A DNA stretch of 64,000 nt from Hyaloraphidium curvatum SAG 235-1 (GCA_025558095.1 JAIVFI010000004.1:248001-312000), one strand, 5' to 3'. Positions 24,285 through 37,840 are shown, counted from the first letter of the stretch. Numbers and translations: made by a program. The notes: generated by a model not told the origin, from the sequence alone.

Positions 24285-27200
24285 ATGGCTCCGACTCTGC
24301 CATCGTCGCCGCGCGGGAAAGGCCCGGCCAACCCCGGATCCCCGGGCGCTTCGCCGACAAAGCTCGTGAAGGTGGGCACACACAGTCCCCCTCGAGACCC
24401 GCGATGTTTCGAGCGCCAACGTCTTTTCGCCCGGCAGTCCATGCCTTCGTCGCCGATGAAGACGATGAAGAGTTTCTTCGAGAAGGTTTACACGCCTGCG
24501 CCCGCCGAAGTCGCCTCTCACCGATGTCGCCACAGAAATCCAACCGCGTTGCTCCGACGTGGGACGGGGCCCTAACGGTGGAGTCCGCCTATCATTTTCA
24601 GGTACGTGAGAGCGTCGGCTCCTGATGATGCCGCCGAGAAGCTCACGCGCTCGTCGCCACAGTTCCCCGGCACGTCGCGCGACGCCGTCAACGACCGTGC
24701 ACTGCAGGAGTTCGCTCGGGACACCAACTCCATTGTGACTGCTCTGACCAGCTTCCAGAATGTGAGTTTTTCCGTGCCACTCGTGTGCCTATGATGAAGC
24801 CTAAACTGATGGCACCGCAACAGAGCCTCGCTTCGCTTGAGCTTCAAGATGCAAGGACGATCCACAGCCAAATTGGAAACGCCGCAGCTCAGACGCGGAT
24901 CATTGCCACGAGTGTCAAGAGCATTGCAGAGGCTTATGCTCGCATCGGCAATGTGGTACGTGTCAGAGCACGGTAGATCCCAATCACGGCTGACTTGCAA
25001 ACCAGATCGGGGGCTTTGACCAGGCGTTTTTCGAGGCATACAAAAAGAGCACGACCAAGACCGTTGCTGAGCATGGGGTTCGTGCATTCCGTGCTCCCCG
25101 GTAACACGTTACGAATCCACGCTTCAGGGGCAGAGCGTTTCGGACATTGTGCATTCTCCCCTGCGACTCCTGTCCTACATGCGCCATTTTGTCCATGTAA
25201 GCCTGGATGCTGTCTTTCCTATGTCGGGAAACTCAAACGGTGTTGTCCAGGTCACCGGCAACAGGACGGAGATGCGGAGGCCCGACACCTTGCTCAAGAC
25301 CCTCGGGGACGCGATCGGGAACATGCTTGCGACAGAAGAGGCGAAGCTTTTCAACAACATGGCGGAGCTCGAGCTCCTCCTGGGCGTGAACGACTTGGGT
25401 TGCCTGAGCGTCGCTCTGCCCAGCGCCGGCGAAGAAGCCGAGCAGCACGAGGTAGTGCAGCAGCTTGTCAGTCTGTGGCACATCGGCTGACGTTGTCTCC
25501 AGCGCATCTGCCTTCAATTGACCAAACCTCGCGCGAACGACCTGCGGGGTCTTCCGCAAAGGATCGTCTCGACCGTTCACTCGAACGGGAAAGACAACGG
25601 ACCCGAATCACCCGTCTACATCCTCGACGATGCCATCCTCGTCACCGAGCCGGCGCACGGCGCATCGCTTCTCGACAGGGTCCTGTCGCACCCCAAGGCG
25701 GGCGACTCGTTCAAGCTCAAGTATCCGCCGTTTTCCAAACAGAACCTGCACATCACCGACCTGCGGGACGTGACCAACACCAAGCATCTCATTGCTATGC
25801 GAGACGAGACTGTCGGCTTTGTGCAGGTCTTCCAGGTCAAGTCGAAGGCCGACAAAAACGCCGTGCTGTCGAACATGAAGGCACACGGGTACAAGGTTGT
25901 CGAGGACGAAGGTGGGCATCAAATACCTTTTTCTGACGTCCGGGCCGTCGGCTTACAGCTAGAACCCCAGATCCCGTTGAGAAGAAGCTGCAGATGGCGA
26001 TTCTTGCGAAGGCCGGATATTTCTATCTGAACGTAAGCATATCGTCCTTCCCAAGTTCCATAAGTGTTGTGACGCAGATTGCCGCCAGAACCCCGACCTG
26101 ATCGCAAATCACTCCAACCCCCTGGCGCGCCGCTGGGCTACCTACGACAAGGACAAAGCCACGGACTTTGTCGCTCAGTATCCGCTTTCGTTCTGCGCCG
26201 TCAAAGATGCGGAGGCCAAGAGTGGCTGGCGGAAGATGCCCGACATGCAGGCGGTCCTTTACCTGACGGCAGACCAAAGCTTCTTCGTGACCTTCCAGGA
26301 TGGGCCGACCCAAGTGGCGCGCTTTAGCATGCGGTTGCCCCCGCCTTTCGGCTACACCGCCAACGAACGTGCCGTTTACCTGAAAGTTCACGATCTGCGT
26401 GGCACTGGAACGGCCGAGGACGAACAGGTCGTCACGATCGCCTGCACTTTCGAGCTGCAGTCGGACAGGCAGTTGTTTGAGGCGGCGTGCGGAGGCACTT
26501 TCTCTGCGTTCAACGACATGGTGCACGAGATTGCAAGGAAGCGCACGTTCAGCAGCGACGACTTGAACACTGGCGCGATTCTGGAAACGATTCCGCAGAC
26601 CGAGGTTGCCGCAGCAGCTGCAGGCGAGGCCACAGTGCCGAATGTCTCGAGAGCTGAGCAAGAGGAGTCCGAGGCCCCGAAAGCGCTCGCAGCGGAGCCG
26701 CTCCTTGCCCCGGCACCTGTGGAACAGCAGCGCCCCCTGTTCTCCTTTCCTCACATCGGAACCACACAAGAGACGCCCGCGCCCTTCAGCTTCGTCATTC
26801 CCGCGCACAATGGAGCGATCCCTCAGCTGTTTAGCCAAGGAGATGCCGTGCTACCGGACCAAGCCCGAGGGCTTTTCGACGACGCTCCCGAAGACCGTGC
26901 GCTCACGGCCGCAGCATTCTCGGCCCCGCCTGTCCCTGCTACGTCGTTCACGTTTGGACCGATTTCTCTTCCTCCTTTGACCGGCGCCTTCGCATCTCCG
27001 AGCACGACTCTGGACGTGTCCCCCGCAAAGGACGCGGGAAAGGTCAACACGAGCTCTGCCATGTTTGAGCCTGACACAGAAGGACTTGCAGTTGCATCCA
27101 CGGTGCCTTTTCCCGGCTTTGTGGACAGAATCTCTTTCCCCGATGCCGCCCAGAACGAAGTGCCCCTGCGAATTACTGCCCCCGAACAGGCGCACAAGGC

Positions 27201-27898
27201 GTCAGAGGGAGAGGTGATGGGCATGGACGAGCTGGGTGCTCGGTCGATTGTCGAGCTCGATCAGGAAACGATGGATGCACCCGATGCGGACAAGCGCGAA
27301 TCCCTGGCTTTCATGAGCGAGGAGGATTCAAGGGCTCTCCTAGCGACGGTCGACGGAGCCGCTGGCGGGATCGACGAGCCCCCACAGATCAAGGCCGAGC
27401 TGCCAGCCTTCTCGTTTGCGAACCATCCCTCCGAAATGACGCTGGGCTCCGTGGCAAGCTTGGCAACCCGCGAGCTCGCTGCGGCGTCGGACGGCGGATC
27501 GGATATCAACGAGCTTCCGAAGTGGCGCCAGAACCTCAGGCATGTGGACAAGGATGCAGGGAAGACCAAGATCGCCCTTGCTTTGGAAAGCGCTCGAATT
27601 AGGGTGCGATTTGCAACTTCTTCATGCTCGAAACCAGCTGATGGATCCGTCCCGGCAGATCCACAAAAGATTCGAGGCCCTCCAGCTCCGGGTGGATCAG
27701 CTCGAGGAAGAAAACGCAACCCTGAGGCGTGAGCTCGTGCAGAAGACGGAGGCGTACCTGGACCTCAAGAACGACGCCGAAGTGCTCAAGCTGGAGAACT
27801 GGGATCTGCGAGACCAAGTCAAAGAATACGCTGAGAGGTACGAGTCGCTGCAAGGCAGAGTGGCCTGGCTGGACGTCGCCAAGCCGAGCGAGGCGTAG
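24285..27898 (+). CDS. Large multi-exon protein of unknown function (possible DH/PH-like region, disordered middle, C-terminal coiled coil)
   Basis: Chain of + strand exons with GT-AG boundaries; PH-like VYILDDAILVTEP..FKLKYPP; terminal coiled-coil exon FEALQLRVDQLEEENATLRRE; exon model approximate. Confidence 0.55.
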
Positions 27899-28051
27899 AG
27901 AGCCTTAGGACTTGAGGGCGAGGCGTAGGACTTGTTGATCGTCATCTACACCCCGACATTTCGACGTGCATATGTGATCGCGTGTTGCTGTGATAGCCAG
28001 TTGATAATTGTAGATTCGTGAACATCGTAGGAGTAGACTCAGGTCGAATCA

Positions 28052-28103
28052 CACTTCTGCCACCCATGCAAATCAATCCACTTCTGCCACCCATGCAAAT
28101 CAA
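28052..28103. repeat. Tandem duplication of ~27-bp unit (cacttctgccacccatgcaaatcaa)
   Basis: Two adjacent copies visible in the lower-GC intergenic region between convergent genes. Confidence 0.85.
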
Positions 28104-28149
28104 CCACGATGACCGAGCCAAAGACAATTGTGTAGATGAAAGCACTTCG

Positions 28150-30117
28150 TCAGTGTGCCTCGCGCAGATGCTGTGTAACGAATCGTTGGTCGATGCCAAA
28201 TCGAAAGCGAAGCGCACCAACCTCCTGCAACCGGGGCATGTTTGCGAACTCGCCCGCCGCCGTATGACGCGGGCACGTCATTGGCCCTTTGATCCACGAC
28301 TCGCATTGCTTGCCGTTAATCCGAACAGTTCCGTGTTGCTCGAGTTCGCCGATGACCTTGTAAATGGTGAGGGTGGAAAAGGGAGACGAAATTGACAAGG
28401 AGCCTACCGAATCAAGCGTGCGAAAGAACGGAGTGTTGAAGGAGTTCCAGTGCTGCACGAGCTCCGTCAGCCATGCCGCGGCGGAGAGCAAAACGGAATC
28501 CCACCTTCTTTTGCTTCAAAGCTGGCCCGCGGAAGTCATTGCTCATGACATGCATATGGAGGCAGTACATCGACGGCACGGCATGGAAGCCCATTATGAA
28601 TTGCAGGTGCGCCTTGCTGTTCGGTCTGATGAGGTGCTTGTACGACATGGCGCGCATCTTTTCGAGGAGAGGGATGTCGGCCTTGGTGAGCTCGGTGATC
28701 TTGTCGATACGGAGCTTGCGCGGCATCGCGAGAAAGTGGCACGCGCTCTTCGGGTACTCGTCCCTCAGAAGAACAACCTGGGATGCTGTTTCAGCACGCG
28801 TCGACGACCAAGAACCGTGCAAACACACCTCGTCGTCGTGGTACTCGACCTGGGTGTACTGCATGCGGAGCGTTAGAATCCGCAGGACCTGGAGAAACGC
28901 CTCCTGACCTTCTCCGGCTGATCGATGTACTTCTGCAGGACATGCAGATACGCCTTCTTGCTGTGTCCGCCGCCCCAGCCTCCACCGCCTGCAGGCAAGC
29001 CGACGCTCTCCGACTGCGTCTTGAACGCGCCGGACTTTTCCTTTGCCGCGTTCATCAACAGGGAGAAGGCGTTGCGCGACGCCGCCACGGCCTTGTCAGA
29101 GCTCAAGCTTCCGGGCTGCGCCTCGTCGGTCGAATCCGCGAGCTCGCGCACAAAGAAGGAAAGCACCGCCAGCCACGACGTCTTCAGCACTTCGACGGGA
29201 TCTTCAATCGGCTTGCCCTTGCCCTTGGGATCCACGGTCGCGTTGAGCGCCGCGCACGAAAAGAGCAGGGTACGGATCCCTTCGCGCCAACGCAGCATCG
29301 CGTCGACCTTCACGTCGACCGAAACGACGTAGCCGACTTTGGAAACGCCCCCCGGGAAGCGGTTCTTGACGTCCTGCATCAGGCTCTCGCATGTCGACGG
29401 ACCTTCTGCCGTGCTCTTTGATGCCAGTTCGCACATCTCCCGCGCCGCGTCCGTAGCCGCCTTGGTCCTCCAGGTGACTTCGCAGACGGCCGCATCCACG
29501 AGGCCATTTACGCCTCCCTTGGAGCGCACCGACGACGGATCGCAGTCCAGGACGACGAGGCGCTTCGACTCCAACAGCTCCGATGTGCCTGCTGCTCCAG
29601 TCCACAACGTACGAACGTCCGCATCGGGCTCGCAAACGATCAGCACGACGTCCGGGTGCGCATTCAGGAAGGTGACGACGATCCGCATGGCGTGCTGCAC
29701 GACTTCCGCGCTTGACAGGAGCGTCTGCCGCGCCGAGTACAGTCCGAGCGTGGGAACGGCGATGCGGCTCCGTTTCGGTCCCTCGTCGCTGGCATCGCTG
29801 ACCACGCTGTTGGTGTCGGCGGTTTCGATGCTGTCCGCGCCCTGCGCGTGCGGTTCCGAGGAGACGTCGGGCAGCTTCACGAGCGCTTGGGTTTCGTCGT
29901 CGTGCGCGATCGAGTCTCGCGGCCGCTGGCCGGCCGGTGGCTCGGTAGGCGACGGCTTCGATCTTCCAGTAGCGAGCGGCTGCGTGTCGTCGTCCACGCT
30001 GTCGGCGAGCTTCGGCCGTTTCTTGGGGCTCGGCCTGCGGTAGCGGTACTCCCGCGGGACCGCGCCGCGCTCATCGTCGGTGGACGAATCGGACGACGAA
30101 TCGTCTCCTCGGGACAT
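28150..30117 (-). CDS. APTX: Aprataxin (HIT + Zn finger) with N-terminal Macro-like domain
   Basis: DEYPKSACHFLAMPR, GFHAVPSMYCLHMHVMSNDF, KK|HWNSFNTPFF, CPRH..NMPRLQE|HL; upstream Macro-like segment RIAVPTLG..LDCDPSSVRSKGG..WRTK. Confidence 0.88.
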
Positions 30118-30377
30118 CGCGAGACAGCAGAGTGTGCAACAGTTCTGGCGACCCACGTCCCGTCGCGTGCAAGCGCCGTTCTATTGCGGCCGCCGTGCAG
30201 CAATTCCCTAGCTTTCCTCTGGACGCCGCGGGGCCCGCCTCTTGGCCCCGAGCTGGCTTCAGATTCCCTCTTATCAACACGGTGGCGCGCTTCTTGACGT
30301 GCCTCCCGCTTTTTTTGGGGCCCCCACTCCTTCGCGGCCGGTTTACGGGCCTCCACGCGCCGTAAAGGCCCGGCACC

Positions 30378-32795
30378 ATGTCGGTTCTACGGCTCCCGAC
30401 TTCGAGCCTCCGGGCTGCCCTGTTCAACAATGTCATGACTGGAGCGCTGACGACGGTGCTGGACTTTGAGTCCAGGTGGGGCGAGCTCTTGGGAAATCAA
30501 ACGAATCCGGTCTCATGGTTCGGACGCGACAGAGGAGAGCGTCCAGCTGAGCAGTTTCTGGAGCTGCCTTTGAGGGCGGACTTTCCCGACTACTACGAAG
30601 TCATCGACACCCCAATCGCCATCTCCACGATCCAGGTGCGCTGCTGACGGTGTCTCTGGGTTTGTGCGGGGGCCTGACGCGGCCATTGCCCGCAGAACAA
30701 GATCAAGAAGCAAAAGTACTACACGCTCCGCGAATTCCAGGAGGACTTCCACAAGATGGTGGAGAATGCCGGAATCTACAACAAGCGCTCGGCTGGGATC
30801 GTTCGCGACGCCGTCGCGCTCCAGGAGGTGTTTGACAAGTCGCTGGACGAGCTGATGCAGAGCAACGGGCTGGACCTGACGTCGGAATTGGAGCCTGGAA
30901 CTGGGAAACCTGGGCCCTCGAAGTCGAAAGGCATAAAGGTCGGCCTCGAGCTTTGTATCGGCGGTCTTCTCGGGTTGACACTTCGACCCAGAGCGAAACG
31001 CTTCATGACCAGATCCAGGACATCGTCAGCAAGCTCGTCAAGTACAAGACCGCGGAGTGGGTAGCTTTTTCTCTCCACGTGGCCGGGTGCTGACGATCCG
31101 CGGCAGTAAACGTCAGCCGTTGGATCTGTTCATGGAGCTTCCGAGCAAGGACGAGTATCCGGACTACTATGAGCAGGTGGGACCGGCGTTTGTGAATAAC
31201 GGGAGTTTGCATTGACCGACGCTGTCCTGCAGATCAAGGAGCCCATAGCCGTCAACCAGATTCTCGAAAAGAACGGGGCGCAAGGATATACCACCCTCAA
31301 GGAACTGGAGGCGGATCTGGACCTCATGTTTGAGAACGCGAAGCAGTACAACGAGGAGGGAAGCCAGATCTACAACGATGCCGAGGAGCTCCAGGTACCG
31401 GTCCCTTTCATCTCCGCATTTTCAAGATCTCACTCTACGATGCCAGAAATACGCACGCACCCTGGTACAGACCCCTTCGGACGGCGTTGTCATCCTTCCG
31501 ACGTCGCCTAGCGTCGAAGTCACGGAGATGGAGGTCGACGGGCAGACATACAAGCTCGGCGACTACGTCTACGTGGCCAGCACGCTGCCGGATGGGAGCA
31601 AAAAAACGGTCGTCCAGATTCACGCTATCAACAAGCACGAGGACGGGTTTGGTTCCTTCGTTCGGCGCAATCTGCGAACCTTGGCTGAACCGAGGCTCTT
31701 TGGCAGGCAATTCACGTTCAACGGCCTCTGGTTCTTCTACCCCGAGCAGACGGTGCACAGGGCTTCGCAGCGCTTCTACGAGAACGAGGTCGTCAAGTCG
31801 TCCCGCGTCAACCCCTACCTTTCGTCCGAAATCCTCGGCCGTTGCCTCGTCCTCTACTACAAGGACTTTGTCCGTCTGCGGCCGGTGGGTTACGACCCTC
31901 AGGACGTCTACATCTGCGAGCTCCGGTACGCCGAGGCCGGCAAGAACCTGCACAAGATAAAGGACTGGCCTGGCACGTTTCCGAAATCCGTCAAGGGGAC
32001 GGAGGAGCTGGGGATCGAGTTTGCCGAGATTTCTCCGCCGCTCAAGGTCGAGCGGACCGTGCTGATTCACCATCCGGACAAGGAGTCGAGCGTGCCGCCG
32101 TTCGGCACGGACGATGGGTCGCAACCGGACGATGACGACGTGAGTGTCGGCGTTGCGATGGCCCGGGCTCGCGTTGACAGGTCCGGCAGGACGAGATGGA
32201 CTACGATGCCCCTCGCGGGCGAAAACACAAATCGGACGGTGGTGAACGGCAACCCAAGCGCCAGCGCAACGACACGCCGCCGGCGTTGCCCCACGCAATC
32301 CACGTTGCCGCGCCGCTGAAGGCTCGCGTCACCCCGGCGAGCAAGGCGCTGGCGGCCAACGTCAAGCCGCAGCTGGGGACCGTTCCTTGGGTTCCTACGC
32401 CCGCGATCGCATCGCCGATACGTGTGGCCGTTGGACGCAACGACAGGGTACCGGCGGACGTGGCGGCGAAGTTCGAAACAACGGTGGATGGCAAGCTGCT
32501 CTGGTTCCAGCAGCCGCCCTTGGACGTTGTGCCCCCGGCGCAGGCGGTACATTCGCCGAAATACCTGGAGTGGAAAATGCGGCGCAGAGAGGCCACTCGG
32601 ACGGTGGAGCAAGTCGTCGAGGTTCGGCCAGCGCAGCCGCCGGTCAAGGTGACCCCGGCTGCGCTGGCCACGGTCGTGGAAGGTTTGGCGGAGGATTGGC
32701 TGAAACAGGCAGGCGATCTGCGGAGAGCCTTGACCCCGGTACCGGTGGATACCTCGGTGGATACCTCGGACCCGATGGATGTGTCTACCCGATGA
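30378..32795 (+). CDS. RSC1/RSC2/polybromo-type chromatin remodeller subunit (2 bromodomains + BAH)
   Basis: FLELPLRADFPDYYEVIDTPI..NAGIYN; FMELPSKDEYPDYYE..MFENAKQYNEEGSQIYNDA; BAH YKLGDYVYV..WFFYPEQTVHR..FYENEV. Confidence 0.88.
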
Positions 32796-32951
32796 CATGC
32801 AGCTACGGAACTGTAATTCTCTTGCAAATACCACCCTTCCCTGCTCTCCACTTTCTGGTTCTTTATCCAGATGCATGATGGAAGTGAAGTTCCTCTCGAA
32901 GTTCATGCCGCGGCACGATCAGTCGATCGTCGGCATCGACCGACAACATCC

Positions 32952-34212
32952 ATGGAAGAAATGCCGCCGGTCTTCCTGACGGACTATCCCCCGCCGCTCC
33001 CGGAATCGTTTTCCTTAAAAGAGCTTCTCGCCTCGAAGGAGGAGGACCGGGTCGCGAAGGCAGCGCAGCAATCGGCGGAATCCGAAGCAGCATGGTCATC
33101 GTTCGACCACCCTGCGTTCCGTGATGAGCTGCTCACGCGCGTCTCGCGTTTCGTGAGTTACGTGCGGGCAGCTGCGAACAGTACTGCGGCCTCAAATGCC
33201 GCCGAGGCCAATGCTGCACGCGATGCGCTTTCCTCTTTGCTGCGGGCCTTTTGGGACGCCGAGGCAGACCGATCGTCGTTGGCCCCCTTCTTCGGCGGCA
33301 CCGTGCCGCCCGACTTGATGCCGGCCCCATTCAATGGGCCCGGAGCTGTTCCGCACTGATGCGGATTCCTTCTCCGCCGCGTTTCCGGCCATTCGGCGGA
33401 TCTTCCGCGCAGCGGCCGACCCAGTTTATCGCTATCGCGAGCCCTTCCCCTCGATGCTGGAGTTTGCTCGAACCATCTTCCGCATCTTCTGCTACTCGCG
33501 CCCTTCCCGCAAGAGGCTAAACAGGGACCCGGAGTTTCTGGAATGGGTTGCCTCAGACGTTTGTGCCCTCATCGAGGCTCTCGATTTGGAGGATCGTGCC
33601 CGCCAGGAATTGCTCGCTATGGCCCTCGATGGTGCACCCCAAGCTCACAACGGTGCCTTTTCCGAGCTCTCCCAGCTTATCAATCCCTTCGTGGGAATCG
33701 TTGTGGAACGGAAGCGGCGCTGGGGCGAATACGCTCGCGACGCTGCCGCCGCCGGCCGTCCGGCGCATTTGCACAGGCTCGTGGGCGTCCTCTACCGCCT
33801 CCTCGCGGAGCTAGATTCCAAGGGGATGGAGAGTTTGCCGGTGGTGCATATGCCCGAGGAGGGTGCGACGCTCCTGATGCCGAGGATGCTCGGCAATCAA
33901 GGCATGCTGCGGCAGTGGATGCGTGTGGGCAAGATCCTCACCCCGCTTGCCCGGGAAGCCTATTCCCCGGAAGAAAGGGAACAAATCATGCCCCTGGGGG
34001 AGCTCGCAAAGGTGGTCTTCTTTGACGTTTCCGGATACACGTACGATATCGACCCTCTGGAGAGCTGCGACCAGTGCCGGCAGACGGTCGAGGAAGGCCA
34101 CACGCTGCGTCGCTGCGCGCGTTGCCGGGTGGCCGTTTACTGCGGGCCCGATTGCCAGCGGGCCGCGTGGAACGACGGGCACAGGGACGCGTGCGTTGCC
34201 ATTGGGCGGTAA
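32952..34212 (+). CDS. MYND zinc-finger protein
   Basis: CDQC..LRRCARCRVAVYCGPDCQRAAWNDGHRDAC at the C-terminus; 5' part lies in another frame (intron or frameshift near 33153-33345), so start uncertain. Confidence 0.7.
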
Positions 34213-34369
34213 TGCGATCGGACCCGTCTCTTTGTCTTAAGGATGTTACGTGTCATTGTCATTAAGTTGTTTACATTACATCGGTATGGTACAATATGTC
34301 GGTACGACAGTTCTCCTTTCGTCTTGCTCTCGTCTCGCTCCGTGCATCAGCAGTTCTTTCGGGTTCCGC

Positions 34370-35715
34370 TCAGGCGTCGGCGACGATCTGATCGTCCGAG
34401 GCGGCGTCGTCATCGTTCGGCACCGCGTCGAGGTCGTCCCTCGCCGACTGCGCGATGAGCCTCGAATCGACCTTGACCTGCGACGGGGTCCTGCGGCGCA
34501 GAAGCAGGTCAGTTCCTGCGCACGGAAGGGAAGGACTTGGGCACCTGGGGAACTTGCCGGCGGTGAGGAAGCCTGCGGCGGATTCGCTGACCGTCGGCCT
34601 CTCGATCTCCTCGGCGGGGTGCACGACCGGCTCGGCGGGCTCGGGGACCGGGGCGGGAGGCGCGGCGGGGGCGTCCTTCTTGACGAGCAGCAGGTTGGCG
34701 CCGACCCTCCTCCCCGCGGGGGCGGCGGGCTTCTTGCCCTGGACCTGCGGCGTGCCGGCGGTGCTCGCGGGGCTGAGCAGCGGCCTGACGCCCGCGCCGG
34801 CGATCCTGGTGCCCGCCGAGACCTTGCCGCTCCCGGTCGACCCCGCGGAGCCGGCCGACGGCGGCGCGGGCTCCTCGTGCATGCTGGCGGCCTCGATGGC
34901 GGCTGGCTCCTCGTTCTCGGCGTCGGGAACCACGGCGGCGGGCTCGGAGGGTGCGGGCGCGGGCGCGACGGCCTTCTTCTTCCTGGGCGCCTTGGGCTTG
35001 GCGGGGGCGGGGGCAGCAGGGGCGTCGGGCATCTCGGCGTCGGCGGCGGCGTCGGCGGGCTTGCTGGCCTTGTATTTCTGCGCGGAGGAAGGCGGGAAGG
35101 CGACGGAAGGCGGATCGGTGCGAAAAGGTGCATGTCAGACGCATTCTAACGAAGGCGATGCGATCGGACTACGAACCGCGAGCTCGGCCTCGTACTGCTG
35201 GACCAGGACCTGGCGCGCGTCGACGTACTTCTGCTTTCCGTCCTTGTCGAGGGCTGCAACGGTCCGATCAGTGGGTCTACTCCCCCGCCGACCGGCGATC
35301 GGAACCCACCCTTCCACTCCGCGCTCAGCAGGGCGGTGATCTCCTTGTTGTTCAAGCCCGGGTTCGCCTTCCTGACCGCCTCGCCCCTCTCGCGGGTGAA
35401 CATGACGTAGGTGTTCTGGCATGGCATTCGAGGTCACGCTTCTGTTAGGGCGACGGCCGCACGGTTCCGCGATTCTCACCGCAGGCGCCTTCGGCTCGTT
35501 GGGGTCCTTGATCTAACACAATGCAGACGTTATTGAACCGTCCGCCGCGAGCCGACAGCCCGTCCCGCGACCGCGCGCACCTTCTTTGGCTTCGCGTCGG
35601 CGGGCTTGGCCTTCTTCTCCGCCTTGGGCTTCTCGATCCTCCCGTCCTGGATCTTTGCCACGGGATCGAGCTTGGCGTCGGTGCCGACCTTCTTGCTGGC
35701 CTTGGGCTTGGTCAT
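34370..35715 (-). CDS. HMG-box protein with Lys-rich N-terminus and disordered tail
   Basis: KDPNEPK, NTYVMFTRERGEAVRKANPGLNNKEITALLSAEWK|ALDKDGKQKYVD; multi-intron. Confidence 0.8.
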
Positions 35716-36159
35716 CCTGCGGTGCGGCGGTGCGAAGCCGCCGGGCGGGGGTGAGCGGGTGCGCGGTGTGGGGGAAGACCGCGCGGGCGCGCGGGGCGAC
35801 GAGAATGGCGCAAAGAATGCGCGGAGAGGGGGGGCGCGGCCCCGCGCGGCGGGGAAAGGCCCGAGATCCGGGGCCGGCCCGCGACGGCCGGCGCGACGGT
35901 TCCGCCCCGCGCGGCGCGAACTCGCGCCGAAACGCACCTGCGCTGTCGGAAAGACGTAGAAAGAGGCGAATGGAGCGGCGGAGGCGCGGTGGTGGGCGGC
36001 GCGGGGCGGGAAGTGCGGTGCGCGGTTGGAGTTGCGTGATGAGGTGTCGGTCCGGCCGATCACCCCCTTCTCTTTTGTACTCCGACCTTGACGCAGCACC
36101 ACGGCGAGCGAGCAATGAATTCAGAAGCAAATACACTCCCCGATCACCGCCCAAGAAGC

Positions 36160-37840
36160 CTAGAATTTCGACAGCTCTGCCGGCGCCTCAGGATGCGCCC
36201 TGTTGTACCTCTCGAGCACGTCGGGCTCGTAGATGCGCACCCCGTCCAGCTGGTTCCCCAGCGTCATCCATCCATCCCGCGTGTTGTGCATCCGCCCGAA
36301 GATCTCTGCGGGATGCAACGGGTGAGCCGTCACCGACGAACAGGGGCTGGCCCGCGCCCCGACCCACCGATCTTGCGCGAGTTGGGGCACAGCCGATCGA
36401 TCAGCCCGTACACCTCGTCCGGCTTCCTGCTCGTCTCCCTGACTTCCGCCACCAGCACGTCCGCATCCACCCATCCGTTGTACGCCGGCCGCCCCTTGAC
36501 CCCGACCAGGCAGTGCTCCTTCGAATGGTTCAGCCAGTGCCCCGTCCTCCCCGTGCGGATCAGGCGCTGCAGCTGGTTGGTCTTTATCCAGAGGAGCTCG
36601 CCGACGCGGTCGTAGCCCCAGATGGAGAGGCATTCCCGGCCGAGCTCCATGGCGCGGCCGGTGACCCAGAGGAAGATGAACCCGTCGTCCTGGAGCTCGG
36701 CGATGGGCATCTGGCGCATCTCGTCGTCGGTCATGGTGCCGTACGGGAGCTACCAAAGGGGGAGTGATTCAGTGTCGGCCGAATGTGCGGGAGGCTGACA
36801 ACACCCACCGACATGTGGATGTCCCACGGCGGGTCGGCCATGATGACGGAAAACTTGCCGAGGACCGAAAAGTCGAGCTTGCGGATGTCGCAATTGAGCC
36901 ACTGCGCCGGCCACAGCCGCGTGATGGGCATGAGCGTCTGGTTCAGCTTGGCCGGTTCGATCGTGGCCAGCTCCTCGTCGTCGATGTCGTAGTGCAGGAA
37001 CTTGCACGTCTCGAGCCTGTGGCAGGTGTTGAGGTACGAGCAGTCGCCCAGCGAGTGGTCCGTGTGCGGCTTGACGATCTTGCGGAAGTGCACGCGCGAG
37101 CAGGGCGCCGGGGCGCGGCGGGCGGCGCGGCAGTCGTCCTTGGTGCCCCAGAAGCAGTACTCGCGGAAGTACACGCGGCCTTTCGATTGGAATGTCCGCC
37201 TGACCAGCGCCTCTTTCGCGGTTGGGCGGTCCAGAAGCGCGGCGACCTCGGCCAGAGGGCCTGCCCCCGCAGCCTCGCCGGCGGTTGGGCGGTCGATCAG
37301 CGCCTCGAGCTCGGCCTCCTCGTCCGTGGGCTGCACCACGCGCAGCGGGATCGCGGGCGTGCTGTCCGCTGCCATCGCGGGCTTGCGGGCAGGGCGGCGC
37401 GGGACCACCGCCCGCAGGCGTGGCCTTGGTGCGCCCGGCCTGTGCACCAGCAGCCGCAGCCTGCCGCCCAGCTCGATGCGCTCCAGCCGCACGTGCGCGG
37501 GGCCCATTGCCCGCAGGTACTGCTTTGCCGCGGCCTCGAGCGTGGCGACGCCGGCGGCCTCGCCCGCGCGCAGGATGTCGGGGCGGCGGCGGGCGGCCGC
37601 GCGGAACAGCGCCGTCGCGTCGGCCGGAAAGGCGACGTCGGGCGCCGCGTCGCTCATCAGCGCCTGGAACGCGGACGACACCGCCTGCGCGAGCTCCGCG
37701 TCGACGGCCGCGGGGGGCGCACCATCGGCATCGGCACCCAGCCCGGGGGCGCGCACGCCCTCGCCCACCCGCCGCCGCTTGGCCGCGGGGCCCTCCGCGA
37801 GCCGCCGCACCGCATCGAGCTCGTCAATCAGCGACGCCAT
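36160..37840 (-). CDS. METTL3: mRNA m6A methyltransferase catalytic subunit (MT-A70, METTL3/Ime4)
   Basis: CCCH region [26 protein letters not shown]; [12 protein letters not shown]; [15 protein letters not shown]; [17 protein letters not shown]; TSRKPDE; GWMTLGNQL. Confidence 0.95.

Noticed and set aside
28150-30117. Macro-aprataxin as a member of the ADP-ribose island
   Set aside because: It is separated by ~10 kb of housekeeping genes and has a coherent DNA-repair role.
36160-37840. MT-A70 gene as a DNA 6mA methyltransferase (AMT1) or as part of the island
   Set aside because: The CCCH zinc-finger region and GRTGHWLNH motif identify the METTL3/Ime4 mRNA writer, a housekeeping gene.
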